From an uncultured Lachnobacterium sp. (lineage in GTDB: Bacteria > Bacillota > Clostridia > Lachnospirales > Lachnospiraceae): a DNA stretch of 45,934 nt. Positions 8,179 through 17,993 of this stretch are shown in pieces. The stretch lies in assembly GCA_900548765.1 (NCBI GenBank), contig URLU01000001.1, positions 1 to 45,934 of the forward strand, written 5' to 3'. Under the pieces are notes generated by a model. It saw only the letters and a program-made list of their open reading frames with translations. It was not told the DNA's origin and searched no databases. Each line of letters starts with the position of its first letter. Positions within the stretch are counted from its first letter, which is position 1. Position numbers and translations under genes: made by a program.

Positions 8179-8853
8179 ATGATTAAAAAAATAAATGTAG
8201 TAGGAATACAGCTTGATAATTACACTGTCCGCGAAATGATTATGAATGTGGAGAGAATGTTGGGGGACAATATCTTCGAATGCATTCAGGAAGTGGACAT
8301 GGATACTTTATCTCTTGCAGCGGAGGATGAGCAGGTAAAAGAGCTTTTGGATTCGCTGACATACACTATTATATCAGATGTGGGGATTCTGAGAGCCGCT
8401 GGTGTGGAGACCATGCAGCGGAAACATGAGATAGAAGAGCATGTTTTCTTTTATGAGTTGATGAAAAGAATAGAGCGTAATCATAAAACTGTATTTTTAC
8501 TGGCTGATAATGTTCAAAACATAGAATGGTTTAAGGATAAGGTGGCAAATGAATTCCCCAAGATAAAAATTGTGGGGGAGATTGCAGCCGACGAGGCAAT
8601 CGGAGGCGAAGCTGTAGTTAATGAGATTAATGCAGAGACGCCGGATGTTATAATATCCACAATGTCATCTCCTGCCCAGGAGCATTTTTTGTGTGAAAAT
8701 AAGGACAAGCTGAGTGCGAATCTCTGGTATGGCATGGGCAATGCCGAGTTTGGTAAAAAGAATCAGAATCTATGGAGCAGACTGCGCAAGATAATAAAAA
8801 TCAACCGGCTTGCCAAAAATATAAATGAATATAAGGAACAGGAAGAAAAATAG
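8179..8853 (+). CDS. WecB/TagA/CpsF (GT26)-like protein, divergent
   Basis: KINVVGIQLD start, VFLL, FPKIKIVG, VNEINA..PDVII..M.SP.QE, GMG; lacks the usual C-terminal RAP...GLEW segment. Confidence 0.7.
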   Translation: MIKKINVVGIQLDNYTVREMIMNVERMLGDNIFECIQEVDMDTLSLAAEDEQVKELLDSLTYTIISDVGILRAAGVETMQRKHEIEEHVFFYELMKRIERNHKTVFLLADNVQNIEWFKDKVANEFPKIKIVGEIAADEAIGGEAVVNEINAETPDVIISTMSSPAQEHFLCENKDKLSANLWYGMGNAEFGKKNQNLWSRLRKIIKINRLAKNINEYKEQEEK

Positions 8854-8855
8854 TA

Positions 8856-9734
8856 ATGGCTGAGATAACAAAGAAGCATTCAACACTTATTTCGTACATT
8901 ATAATTGTGATTGGAACAGGACTGCTGGGAGTAGGCATCCAGAATTTCTATGACCCAATTGGTCTTGTAACAGGAGGCTTCACGGGTCTGACAATTATAA
9001 TAAAGGCGGTTACAACAGGGATTGTAGAGGGTGGTATACCACTTTGGGTATCCAATCTGGTTCTTAATATTCCGGTATTTATTCTGGCATATATTTTTAA
9101 AGGCAAAAAATTCGTTGGCAGAACAATTTTTGGAACTGTCATGCTGTCAGTATGGTTATATATACTTCCGGCAAATGATTTTTCCCAGGGGGACTACCTT
9201 CTGGCGGCCATATTTGGTGCAGTATTTTCAGGCTGTGGTCTGGGAATTATCCTGAGAGGAAATGCAACAACAGGCGGTACAGAAATGGTTGCAGTGCTGT
9301 TGCAGCTTAAGATTAAGCACTTAAATGCAGCACAGATTATGCAGTTTCTGGATGGAGCCATTGTAGTGGTTGGTATGTTCCAGTTTGGAATACGCCCTAC
9401 AATGTATGCAATTATTGCTGTTTTTGTCACAACAAAGGTAAGTGATGTGATACTGGAAGGCTCAAAGTGGTCTAAGGCGGCATATATAATAAGTGACAGG
9501 TACGAAGAAATCGCAGACAAACTCATGAAGGAGCTGGACAGAGGTGTGACAGCCTTTAATGCCAAGGGAATGTATACACGGGAAGACAAGAGCGTCCTAT
9601 ATTGTGTTGTTTCCAAGAGGGAAATTCCCCACCTTAAAGAGATTGTTGAAGCTGAGGACAGGGATGCTTTCGTAATCGTAGAGGATGTCAGAGAGGTGCT
9701 TGGCGAAGGTTTTCAGGAATATAATAAAGCATAA
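8856..9734 (+). CDS. YitT family membrane protein
   Basis: TGGFTGL, LNIPVF, ATTGGTE, LDRGVT...KGMYT, DAFVIVEDVREVLGEGF. Confidence 0.9.
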   Translation: MAEITKKHSTLISYIIIVIGTGLLGVGIQNFYDPIGLVTGGFTGLTIIIKAVTTGIVEGGIPLWVSNLVLNIPVFILAYIFKGKKFVGRTIFGTVMLSVWLYILPANDFSQGDYLLAAIFGAVFSGCGLGIILRGNATTGGTEMVAVLLQLKIKHLNAAQIMQFLDGAIVVVGMFQFGIRPTMYAIIAVFVTTKVSDVILEGSKWSKAAYIISDRYEEIADKLMKELDRGVTAFNAKGMYTREDKSVLYCVVSKREIPHLKEIVEAEDRDAFVIVEDVREVLGEGFQEYNKA

Positions 9735-9792
9735 TACGCATAATAAACTGTGAGATATAGTTAAAAATAGCTAATTTGTACCAGATATAATT

Positions 9793-9835
9793 AGAGGAAA
9801 TGTGTAAGAAGAAAACATTTCCTCTTTATTTTTTT
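9793..9835 (+). terminator. Intrinsic terminator
   Basis: AGAGGAAATGT-N11-ACATTTCCTCT then T-rich run. Confidence 0.7.
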
Positions 9836-9921
9836 GTGCGAATGTATTAAAATGAATAAAGGTATTTATGCAAAACCAATAGAAACTAACGTAAATATTC
9901 GGGGGATAAGGAGAACATACT

Positions 9922-11007
9922 ATGATTTCCAACCAGATACTTCAAAACACAATTGATGGATTAAAGAATATAACAAGGACAGACCTTTGCGTTTTAGACG
10001 TAGAAGGCAAAATTCTTGCTGCGACATTTCCAGATGCGGACAGCTTCAGTGAGTCTGCCCAGTCCTTTGTGAATTCGCCGGCAGACAGCCAGGTGGTAAA
10101 TGGCTGCCAGTTTTTCAAGGTTTTTGATGAACATCAGTTAGAGTATATCCTGCTTGCCTATGGTGACAGTGAGGATGTATACATGATAGGCAAGATTGCA
10201 AGCTTCCAGATACAAAACCTCCTGGTGGCTTACAAGGAGCGTTTCGACAAGGATAATTTCATCAAGAATCTCCTGTTAGACAACCTCCTGCTGGTAGATA
10301 TCTATAACCGCGCCAAGAAGCTTCATATTGATATTGAGGTCAGACGTGTGGTATTCCTTATTGAGACAAATCGCGATAAGGATGGCAACGAATTGGAGAA
10401 AATCCGCGGATTATTCGGCGGAAAATCCAAGGATTTTGTGACTGCTGTTGATGAAAAAAATATCATTGTTGTCAAGGAACTGGCTGAAAATGAGCAGTAC
10501 GAGGATCTGAGAAAGACAGCAGAGGTTATATTAAATCTTTTCAGAGGTGATGGCAATGGCGTGCACATTTCCTATGGTACAGTGATTAACGAGCTTAAGG
10601 AAGTATCACGTTCATACAAGGAAGCCCGTATGGCTCTTGATGTAGGAAGGATATTCTTTGAAGAGCAGAATATCATTGCATATTCACAGCTTGGAATCGG
10701 ACGTCTGATTTATCAGCTTCCTATTCCGCTTTGTAAGATGTTTATAAAAGAAATATTTGACGGCAAGTCTCCTGATGAATTTGACGAGGAGATACTTACC
10801 ACGATCAATAAGTTTTTCGAGAACAGCCTTAATGTATCTGAGACATCGAGACAGCTATACATACATCGTAATACTCTGGTATATCGTCTGGACAAGCTCC
10901 AGAAGAGTACAGGCCTTGACCTGAGAGTATTTGAAGATGCCATTACCTTCAAGATTGCACTTATGGTAGTAAAATATATGAAGTATATGGAGACGATGGA
11001 CTATTAA
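9922..11007 (+). CDS. PucR-type (sugar diacid regulator-like) transcriptional regulator
   Basis: C-terminal HTH LNVSETSRQLYIHRNTLVYRLDKLQKSTGLDL. Confidence 0.88.
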   Translation: MISNQILQNTIDGLKNITRTDLCVLDVEGKILAATFPDADSFSESAQSFVNSPADSQVVNGCQFFKVFDEHQLEYILLAYGDSEDVYMIGKIASFQIQNLLVAYKERFDKDNFIKNLLLDNLLLVDIYNRAKKLHIDIEVRRVVFLIETNRDKDGNELEKIRGLFGGKSKDFVTAVDEKNIIVVKELAENEQYEDLRKTAEVILNLFRGDGNGVHISYGTVINELKEVSRSYKEARMALDVGRIFFEEQNIIAYSQLGIGRLIYQLPIPLCKMFIKEIFDGKSPDEFDEEILTTINKFFENSLNVSETSRQLYIHRNTLVYRLDKLQKSTGLDLRVFEDAITFKIALMVVKYMKYMETMDY

Positions 11008-11017
11008 GGAGTAAATA

Positions 11018-11701
11018 ATGATAAAACTAGAACATGTCAGCAAGTCTTATTCTGCAGGCATACCAGCGCTGAATGATGTGAACCTGGAGATAGAGGATGG
11101 TGAGTTTGTATTTATTGTTGGAGACAGCGGCTCAGGAAAATCCACACTCATTAAGCTTCTCTTAAAGGAGCTTGAGCCGACAGAAGGTACAATCACTGTC
11201 AATGGGAAAGAATTAAAAAAAATTAAGAAAAAGCAGGTGCCTAGATATCGGCGTAAAGTAGGAGTTGTGTTTCAGGACTTTAGATTATTGAAGGACAGAA
11301 ATGTATATGACAACATTGCATTTGCCCAGAAGGTAATTGGGGAGTCTAACATCCAGATAAAAAAGAAAGTGCCAAAGATGCTGTCCCTGGTGGGGCTTGC
11401 AGCAAAATACAAGTCTTATCCAAAGGAGCTTTCCGGAGGAGAACAGCAGAGAGTGGCTATTGCCAGGGCACTCATAAACGAACCAGCAATATTACTTGCA
11501 GATGAGCCAACCGGTAATCTGGATAACAATAATGCATGGGAAATCATGAAGCTTCTCGAAGAAATCAACGAGAAGGGGACAACAGTTATTGTCGTTACCC
11601 ATAATCTTGAAATCGTAAAGGTTATGAAGAAACGAGTCATCACAGTGAAGAAAGGCGTTATCGTAAGCGACAGCGAAAGAGGTGATGACAATGAGGATTA
11701 G
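11018..11701 (+). CDS. ftsE: Cell division ATP-binding protein FtsE
   Basis: GDSGSGKST, GVVFQDFRLL, LSGGEQQRVAIARA, ADEPTGNLD; upstream of ftsX. Confidence 0.93.
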   Translation: MIKLEHVSKSYSAGIPALNDVNLEIEDGEFVFIVGDSGSGKSTLIKLLLKELEPTEGTITVNGKELKKIKKKQVPRYRRKVGVVFQDFRLLKDRNVYDNIAFAQKVIGESNIQIKKKVPKMLSLVGLAAKYKSYPKELSGGEQQRVAIARALINEPAILLADEPTGNLDNNNAWEIMKLLEEINEKGTTVIVVTHNLEIVKVMKKRVITVKKGVIVSDSERGDDNED

Positions 11702-12599
11702 TTCGATATTTTATTCGATTAAACAGGGCTTTAAAAACATTTTAAGAAACAAGATGTTTTCACTTGCTTCAATAGCAACTATGGCTGCCTGTATATTTAT
11801 GTTTGGACTGTTCTATATACTTTTTACCAACTTTTCAAGCATGGTACACGAAGCAGAGCAGGGCGTGGCAGTGACTGTCTTTTTCAATGATGGCACAACA
11901 GAAGAACAGATTTTAGCAATCAAAGACCAGATTGCCACCAGAGGCGAGGTCAGCAAGATTGATTATATTTCGGCACAGCAGGCATGGGATTCCTACCAGC
12001 AGAAATACTTTGAGGGTTATGAAGGAGCTGCAGAATCCTTTGGAACAGATAATCCGCTGGAAAATTCAGCAAACCTTGAAGTATATCTGAATGATGTGTC
12101 AATGCAGAGCAGTCTTGTAAATTATATAACCGGAATAGACGGTGTGAGAAGAGTAAACCAGTCTCAGGATGTGGCCAATACTCTTTCTGACCTGAATAAG
12201 CTGATTAGCTATATAACAGGAGGAATCATCCTGATACTTCTTGGAGTTGCAATCTTTTTGATAAGCAATACCATTACAGTTGGTATATCTGTCAGAAGAG
12301 AAGAAATTGGTATTATGAAGCTCATAGGCGCGACAGATTATTTCGTCAGGGCACCATTCATTGTAGAGGGTATAGTGATTGGACTTATAGGAGCGGCTAT
12401 TCCGTTAGTTCTTTTGTATTTTCTATATGAAAAGATATGTGTATACATTGCTGATAAATTCAATTTTATCGGTTCTATGCTTACATTTGTGGAAGCAAAG
12501 ACAATGTTCCATACGCTGGTGCCAATAGCTCTTTTGCTGGGAGTTGGAATCGGATTCTTAGGAAGCCGTTTGACAATCAGAAAACATTTGAGAGTATAA
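11691..12599 (+). CDS. ftsX: Cell division permease FtsX
   Basis: 4-TM layout, ISNTI...RREEIGIMKLIGAT..FVRAPFIVEG; start placed at ATG 11691. Confidence 0.93.
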   Translation: MRISSIFYSIKQGFKNILRNKMFSLASIATMAACIFMFGLFYILFTNFSSMVHEAEQGVAVTVFFNDGTTEEQILAIKDQIATRGEVSKIDYISAQQAWDSYQQKYFEGYEGAAESFGTDNPLENSANLEVYLNDVSMQSSLVNYITGIDGVRRVNQSQDVANTLSDLNKLISYITGGIILILLGVAIFLISNTITVGISVRREEIGIMKLIGATDYFVRAPFIVEGIVIGLIGAAIPLVLLYFLYEKICVYIADKFNFIGSMLTFVEAKTMFHTLVPIALLLGVGIGFLGSRLTIRKHLRV

Positions 12600-12634
12600 C
12601 ATATAATTTTCACAAAAGATTAGTATAATAATAG

Positions 12635-12673
12635 AAATTGCCACACTGACATGGTAAGTGTGGCAATTTTTTT
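12635..12673 (+). terminator. Intrinsic terminator of ftsEX
   Basis: AAATTGCCACAC-N11-GTGTGGCAATTT then T run. Confidence 0.85.
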
Positions 12674-12867
12674 ACTGTATAGGAAATTACGATGAAATTG
12701 CCCATACAGCAAAAGCAAGCTGTCTGGAGCATACGTTGTCCTTCTGGCATGGGGAGAAAATGCTGACAGCTGGATTTATCTAAGTGCCAGAACATAATTG
12801 GACAGCTTGAAAACCAGAAGTGAATTGTGTGGGGCAGACTTGAAGCATACAGGAATGGAGTGTTGAT

Positions 12868-14247
12868 ATGGACTATAACGAATTTGATAATGAAAAAATA
12901 AATAAGGATGAGATGATTGTCAATGAACCAATTGAATCAGTTCAGGATAATGTGATGATTGAGGAAAACGGTTCAGGCAAAAAGAGGCGGAAAAAGCCAG
13001 GATTTTTCGGCGGACTTATAATAGGTGCAGTGCTGTCGGTTTCAATACTGGCAGGCTCTGTACTTGCCTACTGTAAGATATCAGGACAGTATATGGTTAT
13101 AGGAATGTCAAATAAGCTAGGCAATTCACAGACCGCATCAGCGGGGGCAGGTGACCAGACTGAGTTTCTTGACACAGATACAGTATCAAAGCTTAACGAA
13201 TTAACAAAGTACATAGATTTGTATTATTATGATGAATATAATGTGTCAGATTTAAAGGATGGCATGTATGCGGGACTGGTAGATGCACTGGGTGACAAGT
13301 ACACAGTCTATTACACAGCAGAAGAGTATCAGGACTTGCAGATAAGCACAACCGGTACATATTACGGGATAGGTGCGGGACTGGCACAGAACAAGGATAC
13401 AATGGTTGTTACCGTATCCAAGGTATATTCAGGAACACCAGCAGAGGAAGCAGGGCTCATGCAGGGTGATGTGATTATGTCCGCAGACGGAAACGATGCG
13501 GCCAGCATGGAGGTGTCTGATCTGGTGCAGATAATAAGAGGCGAGGAAGGCACAACGGTAAGTCTTGAGGTCTATCGAGAGTCAACAGGGGAGACATTTA
13601 CGGTGGATGTGGAACGGAGAAATGTGGAGCTTCCAAGCGTAGAGGGACAGATGCTTGATGGCGGTATAGGCTATATACAAATCGCAGAATTCCAGAGCAA
13701 GACGGCTGACCAGTTTAATGACATACTGACAGACCTTGAAAGTCAGGGCATGAAGGGACTTATAGTAGATGTGAGGTCTAATCCGGGAGGACTGCTCACA
13801 TCAGTAGTTGATATATTAGACAGACTTCTGCCGGAGGGCACAGTTGTATACACAGAGGATAAGTATGGAAACAGGGAGGACTATACCTCAGACGCATCCT
13901 GCGTAGATTATCCGATAGTTGTGCTCTGTGATGAAAATAGTGCAAGTGCAGCAGAAATCTTTTCGGGAGCAATGCAGGACTATAACTATGCAACGCTTGT
14001 TGGAACAACAACATTTGGAAAGGGCATAGTCCAGACAATATTCCCGTTGTCAGATGGGGATGCACTTAAGGTAACAACCGCCAAATACTTTACACCAAAT
14101 GGCAGCTATATCCATGGCGTAGGAATCACCCCGGATATAGAAATAGATTATGAGTATGGAGACCCGGAAGGAACTGTATATGATATGCAGTATGATAACC
14201 AGCTTCAGAAAGCGATTGAGGTAATGAATGAAAAGCTTACTGAATAA
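12868..14247 (+). CDS. S41 family carboxy-terminal processing protease (PDZ)
   Basis: YYGIGA PDZ loop, DVRSNPGG, SASAAEIF, GTTTFGKG, GITPD. Confidence 0.92.
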   Translation: MDYNEFDNEKINKDEMIVNEPIESVQDNVMIEENGSGKKRRKKPGFFGGLIIGAVLSVSILAGSVLAYCKISGQYMVIGMSNKLGNSQTASAGAGDQTEFLDTDTVSKLNELTKYIDLYYYDEYNVSDLKDGMYAGLVDALGDKYTVYYTAEEYQDLQISTTGTYYGIGAGLAQNKDTMVVTVSKVYSGTPAEEAGLMQGDVIMSADGNDAASMEVSDLVQIIRGEEGTTVSLEVYRESTGETFTVDVERRNVELPSVEGQMLDGGIGYIQIAEFQSKTADQFNDILTDLESQGMKGLIVDVRSNPGGLLTSVVDILDRLLPEGTVVYTEDKYGNREDYTSDASCVDYPIVVLCDENSASAAEIFSGAMQDYNYATLVGTTTFGKGIVQTIFPLSDGDALKVTTAKYFTPNGSYIHGVGITPDIEIDYEYGDPEGTVYDMQYDNQLQKAIEVMNEKLTE

Positions 14248-14695
14248 AAGGAAAGAGATATTTTTGAGTCTGGCAATAATCTGGATGCTTGTGATATTTG
14301 TCTTTTCTGCACAAAAAAGTGAGGAATCCACAAAGCTCAGCAACGGAGCCGGACGATATGTCGTAACAACAGTAAACGAGGTGATGGATAAGGGCTGGGA
14401 TGAGGAAACAGTCGAAGAATATGCCCTGGAAATAGACCATCCGGTCAGAAAGCTGGCCCACGCCACAGAATATGCTGTACTGGCGCTCCTGTGGTTTGGG
14501 GCATTGGGGTCCCGGATAAAATCAGTGGAAATTGCATTCCTGTATGCCTGCACAGACGAGTTTCATCAACTGTTTGTGCCCGGCAGGGCGGGCTTATTCA
14601 CGGATGTGCTGATTGACACCGGCGGAGCTGCCGTTGCGATGCTTGTTGTGTGGCTTGTATGTGGTGTAAATAAGGCTTTCAACAAACATAGATGA
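14228..14695 (+). CDS. VanZ family membrane protein
   Basis: IFVFSAQ, RKLAHATEY, YACTDEFHQLFVPGR...DVLIDT. Confidence 0.88.
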   Translation: MKSLLNKRKEIFLSLAIIWMLVIFVFSAQKSEESTKLSNGAGRYVVTTVNEVMDKGWDEETVEEYALEIDHPVRKLAHATEYAVLALLWFGALGSRIKSVEIAFLYACTDEFHQLFVPGRAGLFTDVLIDTGGAAVAMLVVWLVCGVNKAFNKHR

Positions 14696-14828
14696 TTCGC
14701 CACAAAATCCGTAGAGTAAAGCATATATCGCTTTATGTGTAACAAAAAATAATAGGTGCCATTTACACAACTTATGGTACAATAGAAAGGAAAACAAGCG
14801 AAAGCAGAAAAAGGAAAGAGGTGAAACT

Positions 14829-15951
14829 GTGGTAGAATTAGATAATTTTAAGGGCGTACTTGCAGCATACAAGTCCCCACTGCAGGAAGTGAGGGATTCA
14901 CTTTGACCTGGCAGGTAAAGAGAAGAAAATCCAGGAACTAGAGCGTGAAATGGAAGCCCCGGACTTCTGGGATGATCCAGTAGTATCTCAGGAGAAAATG
15001 AAGACCCTAAAGAGCATGAAGGATGATGTGGCAACCTGTGCAGGGCTTGAACAGCAGTATGAAGACATAGCCACAATGATAGAGATGGGCTATGAAGAAA
15101 ATGACCCGGATCTTGTGCCGGAGATACAGGAAATGCTGGACGAGTTTGAGACAACCTTTGAAGCAATCAGGATGAAAACCCTGTTGTCGGGAGAGTATGA
15201 TGGTAATAATGCAATACTCAGACTTAATGCAGGAGCCGGAGGAACAGAGTCCTGTGACTGGGCGTCAATGCTTTTTAGAATGTACTCAAGATGGGCAGAC
15301 AAAAAAGGCTATGCAGTAGAAGTTTTGGACTCATTAGACGGAGATGAGGCGGGAATCAAATCCATCACTTTTCAGGTGAATGGGGACAATGCATACGGAT
15401 ATCTGAAATCAGAGCGCGGCGTGCACAGGCTTGTGAGAATATCTCCGTTCAATGCGGCAGGAAAACGTCAGACATCATTTGTGTCCTGTGACGTAATGCC
15501 GGAGATAAATGATGACATAGATATAGAGATAAAAGATGATGACATAAGAATTGACACCTACCGCTCAAGTGGAGCCGGAGGACAGCATATCAATAAGACA
15601 TCATCTGCAATCAGAATAACACATTTTCCAACAGGAATAGTTGTAACCTGCCAGAATGAGAGGTCGCAGCATATGAATAAGGATAAGGCTATGCAGATGT
15701 TAAAGTCCAAGCTGTATATGTTAGCCGAGGAGGAAAAGGCTGCAAAGGCAGCAGGCATCCGTGGAGAGGTAACAGATAATGGCTGGGGCAGCCAGATCCG
15801 GTCGTATGTTATGCAGCCATACACAATGGTAAAGGATCACAGAACAAATGTCGAAGTTGGCAATGTTGATTCGGTGCTGGATGGAAATATAGATCCGTTT
15901 ATAAATGGGTACCTCAAATGGATATCCCTTAGAGAGAGCGATGCCCGGTAA
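14829..15951 (+). CDS. prfB: Peptide chain release factor 2 with programmed +1 frameshift at CTT TGA C (14901-14907)
   Basis: GTG 14829 opens MVELDNFK...EVRDSL-TGA; +1 frame continues DLAGKEKKIQELEREMEAPDFWDD into the 14950 ORF; SPF and GGQ motifs; internal AGGG upstream of slippery site. Confidence 0.95.
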
Positions 15952-16025
15952 GTAAACTGTGCTTACAAATAAGGTGAATATATCAAAATAAATTTATAAA
16001 CACTAAGAAAATCAGGAGGAGAAAA

Positions 16026-17420
16026 ATGGGAATATTAAGAGCAACAGGAGATGCAATTAAAGGTGGCTTTGGTGATGCCTGGCTTGAAACCATAGAGCCG
16101 GACAATATGGGCGAGCATACAGTATTTACAAAGGGTGCGCTTTACAACAGAGGCCAGAACGTAAATGGTACAAAGGACACCGTATCAAACGGTTCTATTA
16201 TCCACGTGTATGACAACCAGTTTATGATGCTTGTAGATGGTGGAAAAGTGGTAGATTACACTGCAGAGCCGGGTTACTATAAGGTGGATAATTCCTCTAT
16301 GCCATCCATGTTAAACGGAGAGCTGGGAGCTTCAGTTAAGGAGACATTTAACCGTATCAGATTTGGTGGCGGAACACCACAGAAGCAGCAGGTATTTTAT
16401 GTAAACATGCAGGAAATCAAGGGCATAAAATTTGGCACCCGTATGCCAATCAATTATTTTGACGCCTTTTATAATGCAGAGCTTTTCTTAAGAGCCCATG
16501 GAAGCTATTCTGTAAAGATTGTAAATCCATTACAGTTTTATGCAGAGGTAATTCCAAGAAATAAGGATCACGTTGAAATAGATGAGATTAATGACCAGTA
16601 TATCTCAGAGTTTATGCAGGCACTTCAGTCGTCGATTAACCGGATGTCAGCAGAAGGAACCAGAATATCCTTTGTAACCAGCAAGGCTCTTGAGCTTGGA
16701 AAATACATGGCACAGATTCTTGATGAGGACTGGAATAAGATGCGAGGCATGGAGATTCAGGCAGTAGGTATTGCCAGCATCTCTTATGACGAGAAATCAC
16801 AGGAGCTTATAAATACAAGAAACGAAGGTGCAATGCTTTCAGACCCTTCTGTTGCCCAGGGATATATGGTTAAGAACATGTCTGAGGCTGTAAAGAGTGC
16901 AGGTGCTAACGAAGCCGGAGCTATGCAGGGCTTCCTTGGTGTAGGCATGGGTGTAAATGCCATGGGCGGCATGATGAGCGGCCTCAACCAGATGAACCAG
17001 ACTGTGCAGAACCAGCAGGGAATGTACGGACAACAGCAGGGTATGAACCAGCAGGGAATGTACGGACAGCCACAGGGTATGAACCAGCAGGGAATGTACG
17101 GACAGCCACAGGGTATGAACCAGCAGGGAATGTATGGACAGCAGCAGGGCATGAACCAGCAGGGAATGTATGGACAGCAGCAGGGCATGAATCAGCAGGG
17201 GATGTACGGACAGCAGCAGGGTATGAACCAGCAGAATATGAGCCAGCCTGTAAATCCGGCTCCGGCAGAAAGCTCATGGATCTGTGAATGCGGACATGCG
17301 AATACAGGCAAGTTCTGCAGTGAGTGTGGAAAACCAGCACCACAGGCAGAGTGGACCTGCAGCTGTGGAACTGTAAATAAGGGCAAGTTCTGCAGTGAAT
17401 GTGGAAAACCTAGACCATAA
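16026..17420 (+). CDS. SPFH/Band-7-like protein (YdjI-like) with Q/G/M/N/Y repeat tract and C-terminal double zinc ribbon
   Basis: NGSIIHV, EIKGIKFGT, RAHGSYSVKI core; WICECG..NTGKFCSECG and WTCSCG..NKGKFCSECG. Confidence 0.8.
   Translation: MGILRATGDAIKGGFGDAWLETIEPDNMGEHTVFTKGALYNRGQNVNGTKDTVSNGSIIHVYDNQFMMLVDGGKVVDYTAEPGYYKVDNSSMPSMLNGELGASVKETFNRIRFGGGTPQKQQVFYVNMQEIKGIKFGTRMPINYFDAFYNAELFLRAHGSYSVKIVNPLQFYAEVIPRNKDHVEIDEINDQYISEFMQALQSSINRMSAEGTRISFVTSKALELGKYMAQILDEDWNKMRGMEIQAVGIASISYDEKSQELINTRNEGAMLSDPSVAQGYMVKNMSEAVKSAGANEAGAMQGFLGVGMGVNAMGGMMSGLNQMNQTVQNQQGMYGQQQGMNQQGMYGQPQGMNQQGMYGQPQGMNQQGMYGQQQGMNQQGMYGQQQGMNQQGMYGQQQGMNQQNMSQPVNPAPAESSWICECGHANTGKFCSECGKPAPQAEWTCSCGTVNKGKFCSECGKPRP
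17010..17225 (+). repeat. 6 x 36-bp in-frame tandem repeat encoding NQQGMYGQ(Q/P)QGM
   Basis: Seen directly in DNA and translation. Confidence 0.95.
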
Positions 17421-17542
17421 TTTTATAAATTAGTACTTTAGTCGGGGTTGAATTGGGCGTTTTAATATGATAGAATCTTTGCGGTAAAGACAGATGTCGT
17501 TGTGAGACAAACACAAAACAAGAGACATCTTGGAGGTAGTAC

Positions 17543-17986
17543 ATGGCAGAGAGTTCGAATTACTTTGTGCTTAAAAAGAAAGCAGTGCCGGAGGTTTTGC
17601 TTAAGGTAGTTGAAGCCAAGCGTCTGCTGGATTCTGGAAAGGTTGAATCTGTTCAGGAAGCAACTGAGCAGGTTGGCATAAGCAGAAGCTCATTCTATAA
17701 GTACAAGGATGATATTTTCCCATTTCATGAGAATGAAAAAGGAAAAACCGTTACATTGGTAATTCAGGTGGATGACGAGCCGGGACTTCTATCAGTGGTA
17801 TCAAAGTCTATTGCGGATTGTCACGCAAATATTTTGACAATACACCAGTCAATTCCTGTAAACGGAATTGCTACTCTGACTTTGTCAGTAGACGTATTTC
17901 CTGAGACTGGAGATGTGGAAAAGATGGTAAGCACCATAGAGGCAGTACAGGGAATACATTATGTAAAAATTATAGCTAGGGAGTAA
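17543..17986 (+). CDS. HTH-ACT domain protein (UPF0735, PheB/ThrR-like)
   Basis: PEVLLKVVEAK, GISRSSFYKYKD, NILTIHQSIP; directly upstream of hom. Confidence 0.88.
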   Translation: MAESSNYFVLKKKAVPEVLLKVVEAKRLLDSGKVESVQEATEQVGISRSSFYKYKDDIFPFHENEKGKTVTLVIQVDDEPGLLSVVSKSIADCHANILTIHQSIPVNGIATLTLSVDVFPETGDVEKMVSTIEAVQGIHYVKIIARE

Positions 17987-17993
17987 TCGAAGA

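Noticed and set aside
14228..14695. Glycopeptide resistance locus
   Set aside because: Stand-alone VanZ-family gene without vanHAX or vanRS; the family is widespread
16784..17386. Cys-rich repeat ORFs on the minus strand (PCCCPYIPCWF)
   Set aside because: Antisense shadows of the QQGMY repeat in the SPFH gene
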